Shown one piece after another: positions 23,407-26,142 of a stretch of DNA of 26,142 bases. The notes below the pieces were generated by a model. That model worked only from the letters and a program-made list of their open reading frames with translations, was not told the DNA's origin and did not search any database. Within the stretch, counting starts at the first letter, position 1; every line of letters starts with the position of its first letter. The position numbers and the translations under genes are program-made. The DNA is from a virus. Taxonomy: Duplodnaviria; Caudoviricetes. The stretch spans positions 1 to 26,142 of the IMG/VR virus record IMGVR_UViG_3300031837_000049. The stretch is one strand, 5' to 3'.

Positions 23407-25311
23407 ATGCCTTCGGCCTCCGCTTTAAGCCTGATTATCGACATCACGAATCCCGGCAAACAAGGGATCATTCAGAGTTTTCAGAACAGGCTACCTGCTC
23501 AAATCCCCGAACTGATTCGGAACGATGTTGAGACGGTCTCTCTTCGTTTCGTTCAACCGTCAGCGACAACTTCCCGGCCTTGGGATGATGTCGATTATAC
23601 CACAGCCCAGACGATCATGGGTTTGGGCGATTTGGACGCCGTCCCGTCATCGGGAACTAACACCTTTCAGGCAGGACCGATCACGACCGGAACCTACACC
23701 AATGCATCAACCTCCGTCACAGTGGCAAGTGCGGCAAGTATCACGAACGGAATGCTTGTTAGTGGGGCGGGAATAGTTCCGGGAACGACCATAACGATTT
23801 CCGGCACCACCGTTACCCTTTCCAATGCCACGACATCAGCGGAGACCGGCGCACAACTTTTCTTTTACAATGAAACAGCGGGTATCTCCACAGGAGCAAT
23901 CGCATCAGTTGTGTCGACGGCAGTAAATGCTCTAGCCTCTGTTATCGCCGCAGGCGGCGTAACGGTTTCGAATCCTGAAGCGGGAGCATATCTTTTTGTT
24001 CTTCCGGCAGGAGTTACAGCGATTTACTTTTCAGGCAATCCCGCTGGTTTGAATCCAATTTCCTCACTTGTCGTTTCGCAGGTTGTGGTGGGCGCGGTGG
24101 GAATTTCGAGTGAGCAGCTCATGGAGATTTTCGTCAATCCGTATGCTCTCAATGAAACGTGGACTGATTTCCCGGCAGCCAGCGCAACGGTCGCAGCAGT
24201 GGCAACTGGGGCGTCCTATACGCCGACAGGCAACAACACTCTAGGTCAGGATACAATTACGGGGCTATCGAGCACGACGGGATTAGTGGTCGGCATGGCG
24301 GTTTCGGGGGTGGGCATTCCAGCTAATACGGCCTTGCTCGCAGTGGTGGGCACAACCGCTACTCTTTCGAATATCACGACTGCGGGCGGTGCTACCGCAA
24401 ACTATACGTTCACCACGCCTAGCGTCCAAACGATCACACTCACCTCTGGCGCTTATGATGGATCATTCACCATCTCGACGCCGCTAATCACGACGCAAGC
24501 CATCGCCGCCACGATCTCGGGCACGACAGCAATAGCCGTTACCAATGCCCTGAATGCATTAGGCGCGAATTACATTGTCTCGGGCAATGCTGGTGGCCCG
24601 TTCACGATCACAGACCCAACGGGTAATAATACACCCTTCACGGTCAATGTGGCAAATCTCATTGTGCCGATTGGATTAACAGGCTCTCTCAATCTCTCGA
24701 CATATTCAATGCTACAACGATTTATTTCGGCGGGAACCGGAATCAATCAAATCACATTGGAATTGGAAATTCAGGTTACGCCAAGCGGTGGAGGGCAATC
24801 GACTCCGTTGCAACTCAATGTCAACGTTAATAAAAACGTTATCAATCTGTCTCAACTTGTCCCGGCCCCGCAATATAGTTACATCACAGAAGCCCAGGCT
24901 GATGCCCGTTACGCCAAGCGGGCCAGCAACCTATCCGATCTCGCCAGCGTCTCCACCGCACGAACGAACCTCGATCTTGCCACAGCCAGCGATGCGCCTA
25001 GTTTGACTGCTACAGGCTCGATCGCACTTAACCGGTTAGGTATCATCTCCCATCACAATCTCGCGCCTGCGTCGGGAACATCGGGCAATACGTCGATTGC
25101 GGAACTCTCCCCCACGAACGCCCGCGATGGCGATACGGCTTTCGTTTATTGCGCCATCCCCGCTGTTGCTGGTCAAATCTTCGAACTCAAAGACAACACA
25201 GGAACAGTCATTGCAACTGTCTCGTCATCGGGAACCGCTTTCACTTCCACCATGATCGCTTTCTATTGGGGCACAGTCTCGAAATGGATTTGCAACTTCC
25301 AATCTGCATGA
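23407..25311 (+). CDS. Tail fibre / baseplate-associated protein
   Basis: Thr/Ala/Gly-rich; two G.M.VSG.GI...T modules; ADARY and NLSDLAS.STARTNL fibre motifs. ATG 23407 lies 34 nt after TTGACA. Confidence 0.75.
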   Translation: MPSASALSLIIDITNPGKQGIIQSFQNRLPAQIPELIRNDVETVSLRFVQPSATTSRPWDDVDYTTAQTIMGLGDLDAVPSSGTNTFQAGPITTGTYTNASTSVTVASAASITNGMLVSGAGIVPGTTITISGTTVTLSNATTSAETGAQLFFYNETAGISTGAIASVVSTAVNALASVIAAGGVTVSNPEAGAYLFVLPAGVTAIYFSGNPAGLNPISSLVVSQVVVGAVGISSEQLMEIFVNPYALNETWTDFPAASATVAAVATGASYTPTGNNTLGQDTITGLSSTTGLVVGMAVSGVGIPANTALLAVVGTTATLSNITTAGGATANYTFTTPSVQTITLTSGAYDGSFTISTPLITTQAIAATISGTTAIAVTNALNALGANYIVSGNAGGPFTITDPTGNNTPFTVNVANLIVPIGLTGSLNLSTYSMLQRFISAGTGINQITLELEIQVTPSGGGQSTPLQLNVNVNKNVINLSQLVPAPQYSYITEAQADARYAKRASNLSDLASVSTARTNLDLATASDAPSLTATGSIALNRLGIISHHNLAPASGTSGNTSIAELSPTNARDGDTAFVYCAIPAVAGQIFELKDNTGTVIATVSSSGTAFTSTMIAFYWGTVSKWICNFQSA

Positions 25312-26142
25312 AAATACTATCCTTAATTCTCGCTCTTACAGTACCCGCCCTTGGGACTACATATCCCTCGCTTCAGATAAATCCTGCTAATGGACAGCCT
25401 GCTAATGCTCCACTTATTACCGGTGTTCCAACGCTCGATATGAGCGGCCTAACTTTTAAACTCGGCACGGTTTCGGGCGCACCGACTTTTTCAACCATCA
25501 ATGGCAATACGATCACAACCGGAACGGGAACTCTGACTCTAGGCGCGGGGAAAACTTTCACGTCGAGTAATACGCTGACCCTTGCGGGTACGGATGGATC
25601 GACGCTGCATATCGGCGCGGGTGGGACGCTTGGAAGTGCCGCCTATACATCGGCGTCCTCTTACCAACCCTTTCTTACACTTACCACGACCGGCACAAGC
25701 GGAGCCGCGACTCTATCAGGATCGACTCTCAACATTCCTCAGTATAGTGGGGGCGGAAGCTCCTACACCTCAAGTGGAGGCATCACCCTTACGGGTTCCA
25801 ATTTTGCGCTTGGGCCTCTCGATAATTATGGAATTGCGCAGGCTTTCACAATTCCCGCTGGAAGCATTGGGGTGATTCTTGGTGATTCCATTTCGGCGGG
25901 AGTCGGCGGTGGTACTCCGCCTGGGGAACTTATGTCAGGCTTGCCTCAATGGGCCAATATTCCCATTTATGTTTTTGCGATCAGTGGCTCAACTTCTGGC
26001 CCGACAAGCTCCCAGTTAAACAGCGGCCTTCAGCTTATGGCCGGAGGAACCTATAACTATACAAAATATGTAAATGGAGCCTCCTCTGCCACTGGAACGG
26101 CGACGGTTGCCTCCATGTATTCTCTGCTTTCTGGATCGGGCA
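25308..26142 (+). CDS. Tail fibre/spike-like protein with signal-peptide-like N-terminus and SGNH/GDSL domain (3' partial)
   Basis: Manual translation is open to the window end: MKILSLILALTVPALG-, TLTLAGTDGSTL.IG.GGTLGSAAY, LTTTGTSGAATL.G.TLNIPQY, then ILGDSISAG (GDS at 25881) and AISGST. Confidence 0.75.
   Translation, partial: MKILSLILALTVPALGTTYPSLQINPANGQPANAPLITGVPTLDMSGLTFKLGTVSGAPTFSTINGNTITTGTGTLTLGAGKTFTSSNTLTLAGTDGSTLHIGAGGTLGSAAYTSASSYQPFLTLTTTGTSGAATLSGSTLNIPQYSGGGSSYTSSGGITLTGSNFALGPLDNYGIAQAFTIPAGSIGVILGDSISAGVGGGTPPGELMSGLPQWANIPIYVFAISGSTSGPTSSQLNSGLQLMAGGTYNYTKYVNGASSATGTATVASMYSLLSGSG

Larger units (their letters stand above)
1..26142 (+). mobile_element. Tailed phage or prophage (siphovirus-like morphogenesis region)
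   Basis: Terminase-portal-protease-capsid-tail tube-chaperone-tape measure-fibre order. No sheath gene and no host housekeeping genes recognised. Confidence 0.95.

Noticed and set aside
1-26142. Alternative genetic code, DGR repeats, tRNA genes, integrase or lysis genes
   Set aside because: Genes are full length in the standard code. No TR/VR pair, cloverleaf, integrase, endolysin or clear holin was recognised by eye.

Overview
The window is the packaging and morphogenesis region of a tailed dsDNA phage or prophage, with all credible genes on the + strand. The head genes follow lambda order: small terminase, GpA-type large terminase, gpW-like adaptor, lambda-family portal, protease with nested scaffold, decoration protein, major capsid. 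These are followed by neck and tail genes: two paralogous tail-tube-like proteins, a tail chaperone with a -1 frameshift, a short tape measure protein, tail-tip proteins and fibres. Five things stand out. (1) The portal carries an in-frame C-terminal H-Y-E ADP-ribosyltransferase (ART-PolyVal-like) domain, bracketed by a duplicated sequence and preceded by a candidate protease site, suggesting a portal-delivered effector. (2) GT10-like and GT2-TPR-GT2 glycosyltransferase genes sit right after the capsid gene, a candidate virion-glycosylation system. (3) A 14-bp quasi-palindrome TCCCGNNAWAGGGA recurs across the window, mostly inside genes, and the window also encodes two ParB-like proteins and an LmbU-like regulator. 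(4) Several genes have TTGAC about 35 nt before the start codon, suggesting leaderless promoters. (5) A tail-fibre-like SGNH protein begins with a signal-peptide-like N-terminus. All family calls come from motif recognition by eye and gene order; no database search was run.
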